Positions 29,467-39,754 of a stretch of 64,000 nucleotides of DNA are shown here, in pieces. Origin of the DNA: Candidatus Heimdallarchaeota archaeon (GTDB lineage: Archaea > Asgardarchaeota > Heimdallarchaeia > Heimdallarchaeales > Heimdallarchaeaceae); assembly GCA_030603365.1 (NCBI GenBank), contig JAUVXV010000006.1, positions 32,001 through 96,000 on the forward strand, in the 5' to 3' direction. The notes below the pieces were generated by a model. The model was not told the DNA's origin, did not search any database, and saw only the letters and a program-made list of their open reading frames with translations. The translations under genes and the position numbers were made by a program. Every line of letters begins with the position of its first letter. The first letter of the stretch is position 1.

Positions 29467-29582
29467 TAGCTATTTTATTTAAAAAAGTACTGTAATCCAG
29501 AATGTACTAAAGATTTTAGCATAAAATAAAACTCTGATTGAATGTTATTTCCTATACCTTAATTTCATATCACAATTTTTAT

Positions 29583-29602
29583 ATATAACACGTTTGTCAT
29601 AT
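29583..29602. promoter_or_regulatory. Imperfect inverted repeat, candidate PadR operator
   Basis: ATATAACA-CGTT-TGTCATAT just before the padR start. Confidence 0.4.
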
Positions 29603-29607
29603 GTCTT

Positions 29608-30150
29608 GTGAATCCAATTTTTTCTCCATCTAAAGTACTTGATTCTCTGATTCTTATGGGGATAGTGAAGGAAGGACCTCTTCATGGTTATGCATTAGCA
29701 TCCTTAATTGAAGAGAAATTTGGCTGGAAACCTAGTCAAACTGCAGTATATAATTCTTTGAAATCAATGGAAAATGAAAAAATGGTTACTTCTGAGGAAA
29801 GAATCGAAAAAGGTCGAGTTCAGAAGATTTATTCTATCACGGATAAAGGACGGCTCGTTTTCGATGAGACTCATCAACGAATGAGAGAACGGATGAATAA
29901 GAATTTTTCACAGTTTTTTTCATTTATGCAAATGGTTGAAGATACAGAATATTCTGAAGTATCTGACGCTTGTCAACAGAGAGTCCAATCTATATTAGAT
30001 GATATAAAGAGCATCTTTAAGATTACTTTGGTGTTATTACATGAAGCTCCACAGGAGACTCAGGAGATTATTGAAAAAACACTTGCATCTCTCAGAAAAA
30101 TTGCCAAGAAAAATGACATCAAACTTAGTGAAGAAGAGTTGTGTGAATAA
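29608..30150 (+). CDS. PadR-family transcriptional regulator
   Basis: GPLHGYAL, VYNSLKSME, KIYSITDKG. Confidence 0.9.
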   Translation: MNPIFSPSKVLDSLILMGIVKEGPLHGYALASLIEEKFGWKPSQTAVYNSLKSMENEKMVTSEERIEKGRVQKIYSITDKGRLVFDETHQRMRERMNKNFSQFFSFMQMVEDTEYSEVSDACQQRVQSILDDIKSIFKITLVLLHEAPQETQEIIEKTLASLRKIAKKNDIKLSEEELCE

Positions 30151-30152
30151 TT

Positions 30153-32393
30153 ATGTTGCGGTTAATGAAATATGCAAAACCATACTTATTACTAATTATA
30201 GCATCAGTAGGATTATTGTTTGCGCAAGCAAATCTAGAACTAGCTTTACCAGATTATCTTTCCAATATTGTTGACACGGGTATTCAACAAGGAGGAATAG
30301 AAAATGCTGTACCAATTGCGATACGTCAGAGTGAGCTTGAAAGGATTTTCATCTTTATGGATCCTGAAAATCAAACAAATGTATTAGAGGATTATACTCT
30401 AGCAGATGAAAATTCAACAGACTATGATGAATTAGTTGAAATCTATCCGGCATTAGTAAATGAGTCTATTTATGTACTGAATGATATAAAAAATATGGAA
30501 ATCGAAGAATTGGAAGACTTATTGATAAAGCCATTAGTAGTCGTGTTCACTTTTGAACAAGCACTAGCTAATCCAGAGAATGCTACAGAAATTCTAGAAC
30601 CCCTAGGATTTAATGCTAGTTCTCTTCCTCCTCCAGAAGTATTTTTCGCTTTTTTGAGTTCGTTACCTCCTGAGAATTTAACTTTCATAATCGAAGCAAT
30701 TACCTATAGCTTTGAATCAATAGGAGAAACAATGCTGAATCAACTAGCAGTAGTAGCTGTTGGAATGGAATATGAAATAATAGGACTGAATACTGATAAA
30801 ATTCAAAACATGTTTATTCTCAATTCTGGAGGTTTAATGCTTCTGATGACACTACTAGCTGTAATATGTACAATCTCAGTAAGCTACTTAGCTTCAAAAA
30901 CATCAGCAGGAATGGGACGAGATATTCGAAGTAAATTATTCAGAAAAGTTGAGAGTTTCTCCAGTGTTGAATTTGACAGTTTTTCAACAGCCTCTTTGAT
31001 TACACGTTCAACCAATGATATCACTCAGGTGCAAGGCGCTATTTACATGATAGTAAGAATGGTTGCTTATGCCCCCATACTCGGTATTGGAGGGATAATT
31101 CGAGCTCTATCTAAAAGCAGAGACATGTGGTGGTTAATTGGTGTAGCGGTTGTAACATTAATAGTTCTTATTGGAATCGTATTTGCATTTACACTTCCAA
31201 AATTCAAAATAATGCAAAAACTAACAGATCGTCTCAATCTTGTTGCTCGAGAGAATCTTATGGGTATGCTAGTTATCCGTGCATTTAATAAGGAAAAACA
31301 TGAAGAGAAGAGATTTGATAAAGCCAATATAGATCTTACTGCTGTAAGCCTGTTTGTTATAAGAGTGTTTGTGGTTATGATGCCTTTTATGATGTTGATC
31401 ATGAATGGGCTCTCTGTAGGAATCATTTGGGTAGGAGCTCATAGAGTTGCTGATTTGAGTATGCAAGTTGGGGATATGATGGCTTTCTTACAATATGCTA
31501 TGCAAATCGTGTTTGCTTTTCTAATGTTGACCATGATGTTTATTATTCTACCTCGTGCAGTTGTAGCAGGAAATCGTATTCAGGAAGTATTAGCAATAGA
31601 ACCAGTTATCAAAGACCCTTCAGAACCTAAGAAATTTGACAAACCATTTAGGGGAAAAATAGAATTCCGCAATGTAGTTTTCAACTATCCTGGAGCAAAG
31701 AAGAGTGTACTTCAAGATATTAGTTTTACAGCTGAACCAGGTCAAACTACAGCTTTCATAGGTGCAACAGGTTCAGGAAAATCAACAATAATCAATTTAG
31801 TACCAAGATTTTATGAAGTATCTGAAGGCGCTATTTTGGTCGATGATTTGGATATTCGAGAAGTGACACAACACGATTTAAGAGAAGTGATAGGTTTTGT
31901 ACCACAAAAGAGCTCCTTGTTCTCAGGCACGATTGAAAGCAACCTGCGATTTGCAGATGAAGATGCAAGCGATGAAGCACTTCAATCATCACTTGAAATA
32001 GCTCAAGCTACTGAATTTGTTTCTTCCAAAGAAGAAGGAATTGAAAGTGAGATTGCTCAAGGTGGAATGAATGTTTCAGGAGGGCAAAAACAAAGACTTT
32101 CAATCGCTCGAGCTATGGTTAAGAAACCACCAATATATATTTTCGATGATAGCTTTTCGCAATTAGATTTCAAAACTGATGCAGCTTTACGTAGAGCACT
32201 TAAGAAACATACTGGAGATACCACACTGCTTATTGTAACTCAAAGAGTTTCCACAATCAAGAATGCTGAACAAATAATTGTAATAGATGATGGAAAGATA
32301 GTTTGTAAAGGAACACATGATGAGTTGTTGGAAACATGTGTGATTTATCGGGAGATAGCAACATCTCAACTTGAACTGGAGGAGAAATCATGA
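30153..32393 (+). CDS. Heterodimeric ABC exporter subunit (degenerate Walker B)
   Basis: TMD + GATGSGKS, VSGGQ, IFDDS; large extracellular insertion. Confidence 0.95.
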   Translation: MLRLMKYAKPYLLLIIASVGLLFAQANLELALPDYLSNIVDTGIQQGGIENAVPIAIRQSELERIFIFMDPENQTNVLEDYTLADENSTDYDELVEIYPALVNESIYVLNDIKNMEIEELEDLLIKPLVVVFTFEQALANPENATEILEPLGFNASSLPPPEVFFAFLSSLPPENLTFIIEAITYSFESIGETMLNQLAVVAVGMEYEIIGLNTDKIQNMFILNSGGLMLLMTLLAVICTISVSYLASKTSAGMGRDIRSKLFRKVESFSSVEFDSFSTASLITRSTNDITQVQGAIYMIVRMVAYAPILGIGGIIRALSKSRDMWWLIGVAVVTLIVLIGIVFAFTLPKFKIMQKLTDRLNLVARENLMGMLVIRAFNKEKHEEKRFDKANIDLTAVSLFVIRVFVVMMPFMMLIMNGLSVGIIWVGAHRVADLSMQVGDMMAFLQYAMQIVFAFLMLTMMFIILPRAVVAGNRIQEVLAIEPVIKDPSEPKKFDKPFRGKIEFRNVVFNYPGAKKSVLQDISFTAEPGQTTAFIGATGSGKSTIINLVPRFYEVSEGAILVDDLDIREVTQHDLREVIGFVPQKSSLFSGTIESNLRFADEDASDEALQSSLEIAQATEFVSSKEEGIESEIAQGGMNVSGGQKQRLSIARAMVKKPPIYIFDDSFSQLDFKTDAALRRALKKHTGDTTLLIVTQRVSTIKNAEQIIVIDDGKIVCKGTHDELLETCVIYREIATSQLELEEKS

Positions 32394-34276
32394 GTCACGG
32401 ACCACCATCAGGACGTGGAAGATCTTCAAGACAAAGAGGACCTATGGGTGCGATGATGAAAGGAGACAAAGCAAGTGATTTCAAAGGAACAATGAAGAAG
32501 CTCATTAGATATCTTGGAAGATATAGAATAGTGATTCTCTTTGCGATTCTGATTGCAACAGCTTCCACAGCTGCCAGCATTTTTGGACCTAAAATCCTCG
32601 GTCAGGCTACTACAACTCTGTTTGATGGGTTGATGGATGTTATAAGAGGAACAGGAGAAGTAGATTTTGAAGCAATAAAGTTGCTTATCTACTTCACACT
32701 TGCACTCTATATTGGTTCAGGGATTCTCAGTTATATTCAGGGATGGATAATGGCTAGAGTATCAACAAACATCGCTTATCGTTTCCGCAGAGATATTGCT
32801 GAAAAAATCAATAAAATGAAACTCAAATACTTTGACAAGACCACACAGGGAGAAATCCTTTCTCGCATCACTAATGATGTGGATACTATTAATCAAACCT
32901 TGAGTCAAAGTCTCTCTCAAATCATCACTTCAGCTGTAACTGTAGTCGGTGTACTAGTGATGATGTTTACAATAAGTTGGATGATGACTCTGGTAGCAAT
33001 TGTAATTATCCCACTATCTGGATTAATAGTAGCTTTTATTGTTAAAAAATCACAAAAGCATTTCGACCAACAACAAGAGTACATCGGCCACGTCAATAGT
33101 CATGTGGAAGAAATGTATGGTGGGCATGTTGTAATGAAAGCATTCAACGGAGAGGAGAAAAGTCAAGAGAAATTCGAAGGCTACAATAAAACACTCTTCA
33201 AATCAGCTTGGAAATCTCAATTCTTTTCAGGATTGATGATGCCTATAATGACATTCGTTGGTAACTTAGGGTATGTTGGAATCGCTATATTAGGTGGATG
33301 GTTAGCTATACAAGATGCAATAGGGGTAGGAGACATCCAAGCTTTCATTCAATATGTCCGAAATTTTACACGACCTATTGCACAATTAGCTAATGTTTCT
33401 AATGTTCTTCAGCAAACAGCTGCAGCATCAGAAAGGGTGTTTGAATTTATAGAAGAACCAGAAGAAGTAGCCGAAACTACAGATCCACTTAAACTAAAAG
33501 AAGTAAAGGGACTCGTGGAGTTTAAGAATGTGAATTTTGGTTACGACCCAGAAAAAACAATCATACACAACTTTTCAGCAGTAGCTCAACCTGGACAAAA
33601 AGTTGCCATCGTTGGACCAACTGGTGCTGGGAAAACCACTATGGTCAAGTTACTTATGCGGTTTTATGATATCAATGATGGTGCTATCTTTGTAGACGGA
33701 AATAACATTTATGATTTCACCCGAACTGACTTACGAAATATGTTTGGAATGGTTCTTCAAGATACTTGGCTCTTCAATGGAACAATCCTTGAGAATATCC
33801 GTTATGGACGAGCTGATGCTACAGATGCAGAAGTTGTTACAGCAGCTGAAGCAGCACATGTTGACCACTTTGTTCACACCTTAGCTGGAGGTTACCATAT
33901 GGAACTGAATGAAGAAGTCACCAATATCTCTGAAGGTCAAAAACAGCTTCTTACTATTGCTAGAGCTGTATTAGCTGATCCCCCTATACTCATTCTAGAC
34001 GAAGCAACCAGTTCAGTGGATACCCGTACAGAAATACTTATCCAAAGAGCTATGGATGAACTGATGGAGAATAGAACAAGCTTTGTAATCGCTCATCGTT
34101 TGTCAACAATCCGCAATGCTGATCTTATTTTAGTTATGGATGAAGGCGATATTGTAGAACAAGGAAGTCATAAGGAATTGTTAGCACAATGCGGGTTCTA
34201 TGCAGATCTATACAATAGTCAGTTTGATGTTATTGAAGAAAATACTGAACCTTCAGTACTTGATGCATGTGATTAG
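32390..34276 (+). CDS. Heterodimeric ABC exporter subunit (consensus Walker B)
   Basis: GPTGAGKT, ISEGQ, ILDEATS, IAHRL; ATGA overlap with the partner gene. Confidence 0.95.
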   Translation: MSHGPPSGRGRSSRQRGPMGAMMKGDKASDFKGTMKKLIRYLGRYRIVILFAILIATASTAASIFGPKILGQATTTLFDGLMDVIRGTGEVDFEAIKLLIYFTLALYIGSGILSYIQGWIMARVSTNIAYRFRRDIAEKINKMKLKYFDKTTQGEILSRITNDVDTINQTLSQSLSQIITSAVTVVGVLVMMFTISWMMTLVAIVIIPLSGLIVAFIVKKSQKHFDQQQEYIGHVNSHVEEMYGGHVVMKAFNGEEKSQEKFEGYNKTLFKSAWKSQFFSGLMMPIMTFVGNLGYVGIAILGGWLAIQDAIGVGDIQAFIQYVRNFTRPIAQLANVSNVLQQTAAASERVFEFIEEPEEVAETTDPLKLKEVKGLVEFKNVNFGYDPEKTIIHNFSAVAQPGQKVAIVGPTGAGKTTMVKLLMRFYDINDGAIFVDGNNIYDFTRTDLRNMFGMVLQDTWLFNGTILENIRYGRADATDAEVVTAAEAAHVDHFVHTLAGGYHMELNEEVTNISEGQKQLLTIARAVLADPPILILDEATSSVDTRTEILIQRAMDELMENRTSFVIAHRLSTIRNADLILVMDEGDIVEQGSHKELLAQCGFYADLYNSQFDVIEENTEPSVLDACD

Positions 34277-34399
34277 AAAAGAAGAGTTTGAATCTCTTCT
34301 TCTTTTTCTTTTCATTCTTAAACAAAATGCTAATAAGAAAAATTGAATGAACATGAAAGAATACTTAGATGATATGAAAAAAGAAGAAAGGAGAATGAA

Positions 34400-35959
34400 T
34401 TATATGTTTTTCATTCGTTTCTTAGTTAATAGAGAGAGAGGAACTACTGCAACACCAAATAAAGAGAGTATGAATATTATCAGAATACCAGTTGAAAACT
34501 CTGAAATTGTGATAGGTCCTTGGGGATAGGGATCATTGTTATTTGCATCACCATCAAGAGGATAGGGTGATATACCAGTCCAATCTGACCACCAATTACC
34601 TTCCAGAGTTATAGTATCGAACCAGATATTGTTTGTCCCATCATCGTAACCTTGCGAATCTCCTCCTAAATTGTTATCAGTAAATTTGTTGTGATGCAAA
34701 ACATTGTCGTAGGAGTCAAAATTTAGATAAATTCCATACAGAAAACTATATTGTATATCATTGTAAGCAAGAAGACAAGAAGCAGAAGATTCAAGATAGA
34801 TACAAAAATAATTGCTACTGAGACAAGTATTATTTGTAACTATATTTCCTGAGCATGACCAAATATAGATGGCCGACAGTACATTCTCGATGTATGTGTT
34901 ATTGTAAACTATACAATCATGAGAAATAAATAGTCTCAATCCAGACTCAAAGTTGAAATTGCAAGTATTGTTCACAAAAGTAGATTCATAATCATACATT
35001 GTTTTGATTGCATCTTCGTTATTGTTACAAGTATTATTCACAATAATACTATAAGTAGAAGATTCAAGATAGATACCACATTGATTATAGCTACAAGTAT
35101 TATTCATGATATCAGCATAATCACAGTCATAAAGAAGCATACCTATCGCTGTATCTGACAAGTTTTGGTTGTATATTGTGGGTCTCTTACAGTTAACTAA
35201 AATGAGCTGACCATAGTCTGGATCTGTAAGGGTAAGGTCATCAATTCCCTTGTAATATCCTAATATCTTCCCATTTACCCAGTTATTCTCAAAACTAAAG
35301 TTAAGATAATTTGTTATACTAATATCATAGAAATAGACACCATCATTATAAAATACATTATTCGTTAATGTAGAGTTGTTGGAATGCCATAACTCAATCC
35401 CGTAATCACCATTGTCGGAAAGTGTATTATTTATAATAACAGCACCAGGAGAGTAAAATAACTCAATTCCATCCCAACCATTTTTTGTCATAGTACAATT
35501 AATAATTGAGACACTAGAAGAATATTCAAGGTATACGCCAATCAATCCAATTTCATTAAGTGTAGTATTGAGAATTGTAGCTGTTCCAGAGGCAATAGAT
35601 ACAAGATTGATACCAAAACCAGTTGCTTTAATGTAACAGTAACTAATAACGAAATGTTTGGTAGTATCTTTAATAAAAATTCCTTTGATTTCTGTTGTTG
35701 TAATGTTATAATCTGTAATGATATAAGGATCTTCAACTGTTCCTGCTCCATTAAACCCATAATCGGTAAAATTGTCATCAGAGATTATTTTGATAGGGGC
35801 ATGATCTACTAGAGCTTGAATCGAGGGTGAAGATTTTTCATTATCAATAAGAGATGAAGTTGTAATAGTTGAATTATTACTCGCAGAAAGAATGAGTAAC
35901 GAGGTCGTAATTAATATTAGTACAATTATTTTTGAAGGATTAATTTTTTTTGTCGTCAT
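34400..35959 (-). CDS. Surface protein with right-handed beta-helix (NosD/CASH) repeats
   Basis: GxGTxxDPY, repeated NNTC..N..GI.L, GNWWSD; ISEF + TM + KKR. Confidence 0.88.
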   Translation of the reverse strand: MTTKKINPSKIIVLILITTSLLILSASNNSTITTSSLIDNEKSSPSIQALVDHAPIKIISDDNFTDYGFNGAGTVEDPYIITDYNITTTEIKGIFIKDTTKHFVISYCYIKATGFGINLVSIASGTATILNTTLNEIGLIGVYLEYSSSVSIINCTMTKNGWDGIELFYSPGAVIINNTLSDNGDYGIELWHSNNSTLTNNVFYNDGVYFYDISITNYLNFSFENNWVNGKILGYYKGIDDLTLTDPDYGQLILVNCKRPTIYNQNLSDTAIGMLLYDCDYADIMNNTCSYNQCGIYLESSTYSIIVNNTCNNNEDAIKTMYDYESTFVNNTCNFNFESGLRLFISHDCIVYNNTYIENVLSAIYIWSCSGNIVTNNTCLSSNYFCIYLESSASCLLAYNDIQYSFLYGIYLNFDSYDNVLHHNKFTDNNLGGDSQGYDDGTNNIWFDTITLEGNWWSDWTGISPYPLDGDANNNDPYPQGPITISEFSTGILIIFILSLFGVAVVPLSLLTKKRMKNI

Positions 35960-35992
35960 TTTAACCTCAAAGTTAAGTTAACTCTCTTATTG

Positions 35993-36008
35993 TATATAAG
36001 GATTTTAC
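35993..36008 (-). promoter_or_regulatory. BRE/TATA promoter
   Basis: GTAAAATCCTTATATA, identical upstream of the paralogue (48965-48980). Confidence 0.7.
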
Positions 36009-36117
36009 AGAAATTTGTGTTTCCCGAAGAGAAGAAACAAGAAAAGGAGATCTCTAAGTTTAAAAGAATGAAAATGGATTGATTACCTTTAAGAGTGCCT
36101 AAAAATATGTACTTTTT

Positions 36118-36240
36118 ATGCCATTTGTGGACAATAAAGGAATAAGAACTCACTACATCGTTGAAGGATAAGGGTCTCCTGTTGTTATGCTTCATGGAGG
36201 TTTTGGAAGTCATAGAGAATGGTATATGGCAGATTATGTT
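36118..36240 (+). pseudogene. 5' relic of alpha/beta hydrolase (paralogue of 43130)
   Basis: MPFVDNKGIRTHYIVEG*GSPVVMLHGGFGSHREWY; in-frame TAA at 36169. Confidence 0.8.
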
Positions 36241-36294
36241 AGCAATATTCGATTAGTCTGCTTGAAAGACTTTACTGACAAGTTTGAGGAAAGA

Positions 36295-37137
36295 TTAAGC
36301 ATCTTTCAGAGTGATTATTTTTTGATAGTCAGTATTCTCCTTAGAATCCTTTATTTCAAGTACATCTGAAATGAATGATATAATATGATTCAAAATTTGT
36401 TCATTGAACTGAGATTTATGCACAGTGTGTGTGGCACCCTCAACTAATAATCCATATTTTTTCGGAGAGGAAATATATTCAAAATACTGTTCAATGGATT
36501 TTCTTTCTGTCAGTATTCCAGATGTACCATTTACTAGCATTATAGGACACTTAATATTACCCATTTTTTGTGACAGACCTTCTTTCTTCTGTTTATAGAG
36601 AGCTTTCAGGAGCATCTTAACTGGAACCTTAGGGAAACTTTCCATCTTCCAATCATAATACCCCGAAGGTAATAAAATTCTATCATATTCATTTACAAGA
36701 GGGTTTTTTATTGTCTTGACATTAAAAATACGTACTAGCCAGGTAAGTAAACCTAAATCCCAAGCTACGAACCCTCCTGTACCTAACATTATAGTTCCAT
36801 CGAGATCCCCACCCTTATTTGCGAGATAATCAAAAATAGTTCCTGCACCGAGAGAGATACCTAATCCTATTACTTTCTTGTATTTCTTCTTAAGATCACC
36901 AATGTAGTCCAATCCCCAATCATAGAAGACATCAGCTGTTTCTACACTACATAACAATTCTGAATCAACTCCATGGCGAGGGAGAAGAGGAACTTTGACA
37001 TCAACTTTAAGTTCAGCAATTCTAGCAGACCAGTTTTTCAGTTCAAAGGGAGTAGCAGATAAACCATGGAACAAAAACACGCAGATATCTGAGTCATTTG
37101 AGATGAATATATCTTTAGAGAATTCATTTGCTTGCAT
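36295..37137 (-). CDS. Carboxylesterase-type alpha/beta hydrolase
   Basis: FHGLSATP, LPRHG, GISLG nucleophile elbow, His near the C-terminus. Confidence 0.85.
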   Translation of the reverse strand: MQANEFSKDIFISNDSDICVFLFHGLSATPFELKNWSARIAELKVDVKVPLLPRHGVDSELLCSVETADVFYDWGLDYIGDLKKKYKKVIGLGISLGAGTIFDYLANKGGDLDGTIMLGTGGFVAWDLGLLTWLVRIFNVKTIKNPLVNEYDRILLPSGYYDWKMESFPKVPVKMLLKALYKQKKEGLSQKMGNIKCPIMLVNGTSGILTERKSIEQYFEYISSPKKYGLLVEGATHTVHKSQFNEQILNHIISFISDVLEIKDSKENTDYQKIITLKDA

Positions 37138-37238
37138 GACAGTAGAGTATAATCAGTAAAATCTATTTAAGCTATATGCTTTGCCTAATTTGTTTGAATA
37201 ATGAAGTTGTGACAAGTTTATTCCTCGCTAGACTCAAC

Positions 37239-37541
37239 TTATTCTACATCTAAAGAAACTTCAGTTCCATTGATTTCTTTGTTTCTTCGAGATTTACCTG
37301 AAATTAGATCAAATAGGGAAAATATGAAGATCGCGGCAAGAACTGGTATCAAAACAAGAAAGACTATCTTATAGTCTTCGTAAAGACGCATTCCAAAGAA
37401 ATAGATTAGAGGTGCTCCTGCTACAGATAAAATAGCTATAAGTATCCAAATTTTGGTTTTTCTAGAAACTTCCATTGGAATCTCTTTTAGATCTATCTCT
37501 AGAAGGATTTTTTGGAGATATAATGTCAAAAATCCCTGCAA
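37239..37541 (-). CDS. Small two-TM protein (real start probably MEVSR)
   Basis: Two hydrophobic helices. Confidence 0.55.
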   Translation of the reverse strand: MQGFLTLYLQKILLEIDLKEIPMEVSRKTKIWILIAILSVAGAPLIYFFGMRLYEDYKIVFLVLIPVLAAIFIFSLFDLISGKSRRNKEINGTEVSLDVE

Positions 37542-37707
37542 CAGCTACTACAAAAACCACTGCAGATGCAACAATTAAAGCAATGTAACCAGATTCACCA
37601 GAAACTGCCATTTGGAGTATTCCTACTAGAATTCCAACAACTGCTCCTGTAGCAGTAGCGATACAAACTACTATAATTACACCTTTCTTAACAATTTTTG
37701 AGGTCAT
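37462..37707 (-). CDS. Small two-TM protein
   Basis: Two hydrophobic helices; FD(I/L)IS after TM2 is shared with the neighbour. Confidence 0.55.
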   Translation of the reverse strand: MTSKIVKKGVIIVVCIATATGAVVGILVGILQMAVSGESGYIALIVASAVVFVVAVAGIFDIISPKNPSRDRSKRDSNGSF

Positions 37708-37772
37708 AACAAACGCACGTTTTGTTAAATGTCGTAGATTCTCTCAAAGCTATTTATATATTGTTGAAAATT

Positions 37773-38747
37773 TCAAATTAATTCTTTTTCATAAATTCCC
37801 CATGTTGCTACCTTATCAAAACCAAGCTCCTCTAGCACATTCTCAAATTCTAGAAGTTTGCCAATAACATCAATTAAGAGGTACTTTCCGCCCTTTTCTA
37901 AGCAATCATTAATCACTTGTACTAGCAGTTGTCTTAAATAATTTTCACTAGATGCTTCAAGATGAAAAGTAGCTACTATATCTTTATTCAGTGAGTTGGG
38001 TAAGGCATAACAATACCCTTCAAGTTTACCTCCTTCTCGAATAACTAAGTGGCTGACTAAATCAGCAGAGTTATCTATTTCCAAGATATCTTTTTTTGCT
38101 TCATCATCCGAACTTTTAAAGAAATTAGATACACTTATCGAACAATCATCAATATCTCGATCAGGATCAAATCTCAGTACATTTGTTGTTTTCACATCAA
38201 CTCTTCCTTTTTTCAATTCATAATGATAGTAGAATTTGTACTCAAATGGAAAATCTGTATGTTCTTTAAAATTCCATCTTTCCACTAATTCAATACTATT
38301 AGTATGCATAGTGGAAGCTCTTGTTTGTATGAATGGAACATTCTTTGATTTCAATACTTCAATCATTTTTTCTATGAGTAAATCTTCAGCCTCCTCATTG
38401 TTTGGTAATATTCTAGGGAGATTCAAAGTTGCACCAAGTTGTTCTCCTCGTTCAACCCCTGGACCAATTACACCATCTTGAAAACCAATTCTAGCAGAAA
38501 TAAATCCAACCATTTCATCATCTTTGAAACAGAAAAGAGCGGTTTCAGGATCAAAATCTGGAGATGAATAGAATTGCTTTAAAAATTCAAGGTTATATTG
38601 AAATGGCCACACCCAATCTTCTATAACTTTGAAACTCACTTTTACCTGTTCTACTTCAAATCCTGATTCATAAGATTTGATAATGTATTTACACATGCAA
38701 AACAGAAAGTAAAGACAGTTAAAAGTATTAACAAAAATCTTTCCCAA
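37773..38747 (-). CDS. Tandem GNAT-fold protein
   Basis: MVGFI, LEGYCY and LEELGF patterns; start probably MCKY. Confidence 0.6.
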   Translation of the reverse strand: MGKIFVNTFNCLYFLFCMCKYIIKSYESGFEVEQVKVSFKVIEDWVWPFQYNLEFLKQFYSSPDFDPETALFCFKDDEMVGFISARIGFQDGVIGPGVERGEQLGATLNLPRILPNNEEAEDLLIEKMIEVLKSKNVPFIQTRASTMHTNSIELVERWNFKEHTDFPFEYKFYYHYELKKGRVDVKTTNVLRFDPDRDIDDCSISVSNFFKSSDDEAKKDILEIDNSADLVSHLVIREGGKLEGYCYALPNSLNKDIVATFHLEASSENYLRQLLVQVINDCLEKGGKYLLIDVIGKLLEFENVLEELGFDKVATWGIYEKELI

Positions 38748-38807
38748 GACAGATTAATAAGCGTGTCAGAAATGTACAATTACAATGAGTATGGTTGAAG
38801 TGAGAAT

Positions 38808-39107
38808 ATGACTGAAATAAAAATCTCAGTATTGAAAACATTAGATCCAAAAGCAGTTTTTGGTGAAGAATTTCCCTTTAAAGAACCTGCATCCAGGTGC
38901 ACCTATTTCGAAGAGGGTCAGGAGTTTATCTCTAAACATGCAGAAAGACCTGAAGGTTTTGGTTGCACATGGGCATGGCATGATCTTTACAAGCAGGTAG
39001 TTTTCCTCTATTTCGGAGGAGTGTATTATAAAGGAGACCCAGATGTAGCTATCACTTGTTGTTCAGATGGTAAGAGACCAGTAATTTTCAAATTGGAAAG
39101 GGTCTAG
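38808..39107 (+). CDS. TIGR04076-like small Cys protein
   Basis: C.YFEEGQEF, CTWAW, CCSDGKRPVIFKLER. Confidence 0.8.
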   Translation: MTEIKISVLKTLDPKAVFGEEFPFKEPASRCTYFEEGQEFISKHAERPEGFGCTWAWHDLYKQVVFLYFGGVYYKGDPDVAITCCSDGKRPVIFKLERV

Positions 39108-39124
39108 TTTCAATACTATTTTCT

Positions 39125-39676
39125 CTATCCTCTCTCTCCTCGTTTTAGTTTAGGTATAGGTAGCCATTTTCGAGTTGTAGTCTTATAATTGTTATAATCT
39201 TCTCCAAAATGAGCAATTAACAATTTCTCTTCAAATCTAGCTATATATTCGTAGAATGCTACAATTAGCACGAATAAACCTAATGAAGCTAGTGAAAGAG
39301 TGATGACGAGTAACCCTAGATATAGAAGTATCGACCCTAAATACATAGGATGTCTTACATACTCAAAAACTCCAGTTCTAATCACCTCTGGTGGGTCTCT
39401 TACTTCTTTGAAAACTTGCTGATGAGCTTTAAATGCAAAAAATCCTGCTAGTAGAAATATGACTCCGCCAATTGGAGCTGAAATGTAAATTGGTATGGTT
39501 TCAGTTAAGAATGTTGAAAAATGAAATACAAATGAATCTAATACCCAAAGAACAAGGAAGATTATTAAGAAGATTAGTTGACCTAAATCTGAGAATTTGT
39601 GTTCACCAATAATGTCCTCTCTTCCTTTATAATGGCCCATCTTATGTCCTTTGATATCTTTCTCTTCTGTGTTCAT
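39125..39676 (-). CDS. Isoprenylcysteine carboxyl methyltransferase/PEMT-family membrane protein
   Basis: GVFEYVRHPMYLG, EEKLL, FGEDYNNY. Confidence 0.88.
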   Translation of the reverse strand: MNTEEKDIKGHKMGHYKGREDIIGEHKFSDLGQLIFLIIFLVLWVLDSFVFHFSTFLTETIPIYISAPIGGVIFLLAGFFAFKAHQQVFKEVRDPPEVIRTGVFEYVRHPMYLGSILLYLGLLVITLSLASLGLFVLIVAFYEYIARFEEKLLIAHFGEDYNNYKTTTRKWLPIPKLKRGERG

Positions 39677-39754
39677 TAATTTAATATGGTTACACTTCTA
39701 TTTATTTCTTGGTAAACAAAAATAGATTGTCATCAGAAAATATATGAATAAATC

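Noticed and set aside
36284-36296. TTGA-GGAAAGA matching the first 7 nt of the orphan guide
   Set aside because: Too short in AT/purine-rich DNA, and the TAM is unsupported
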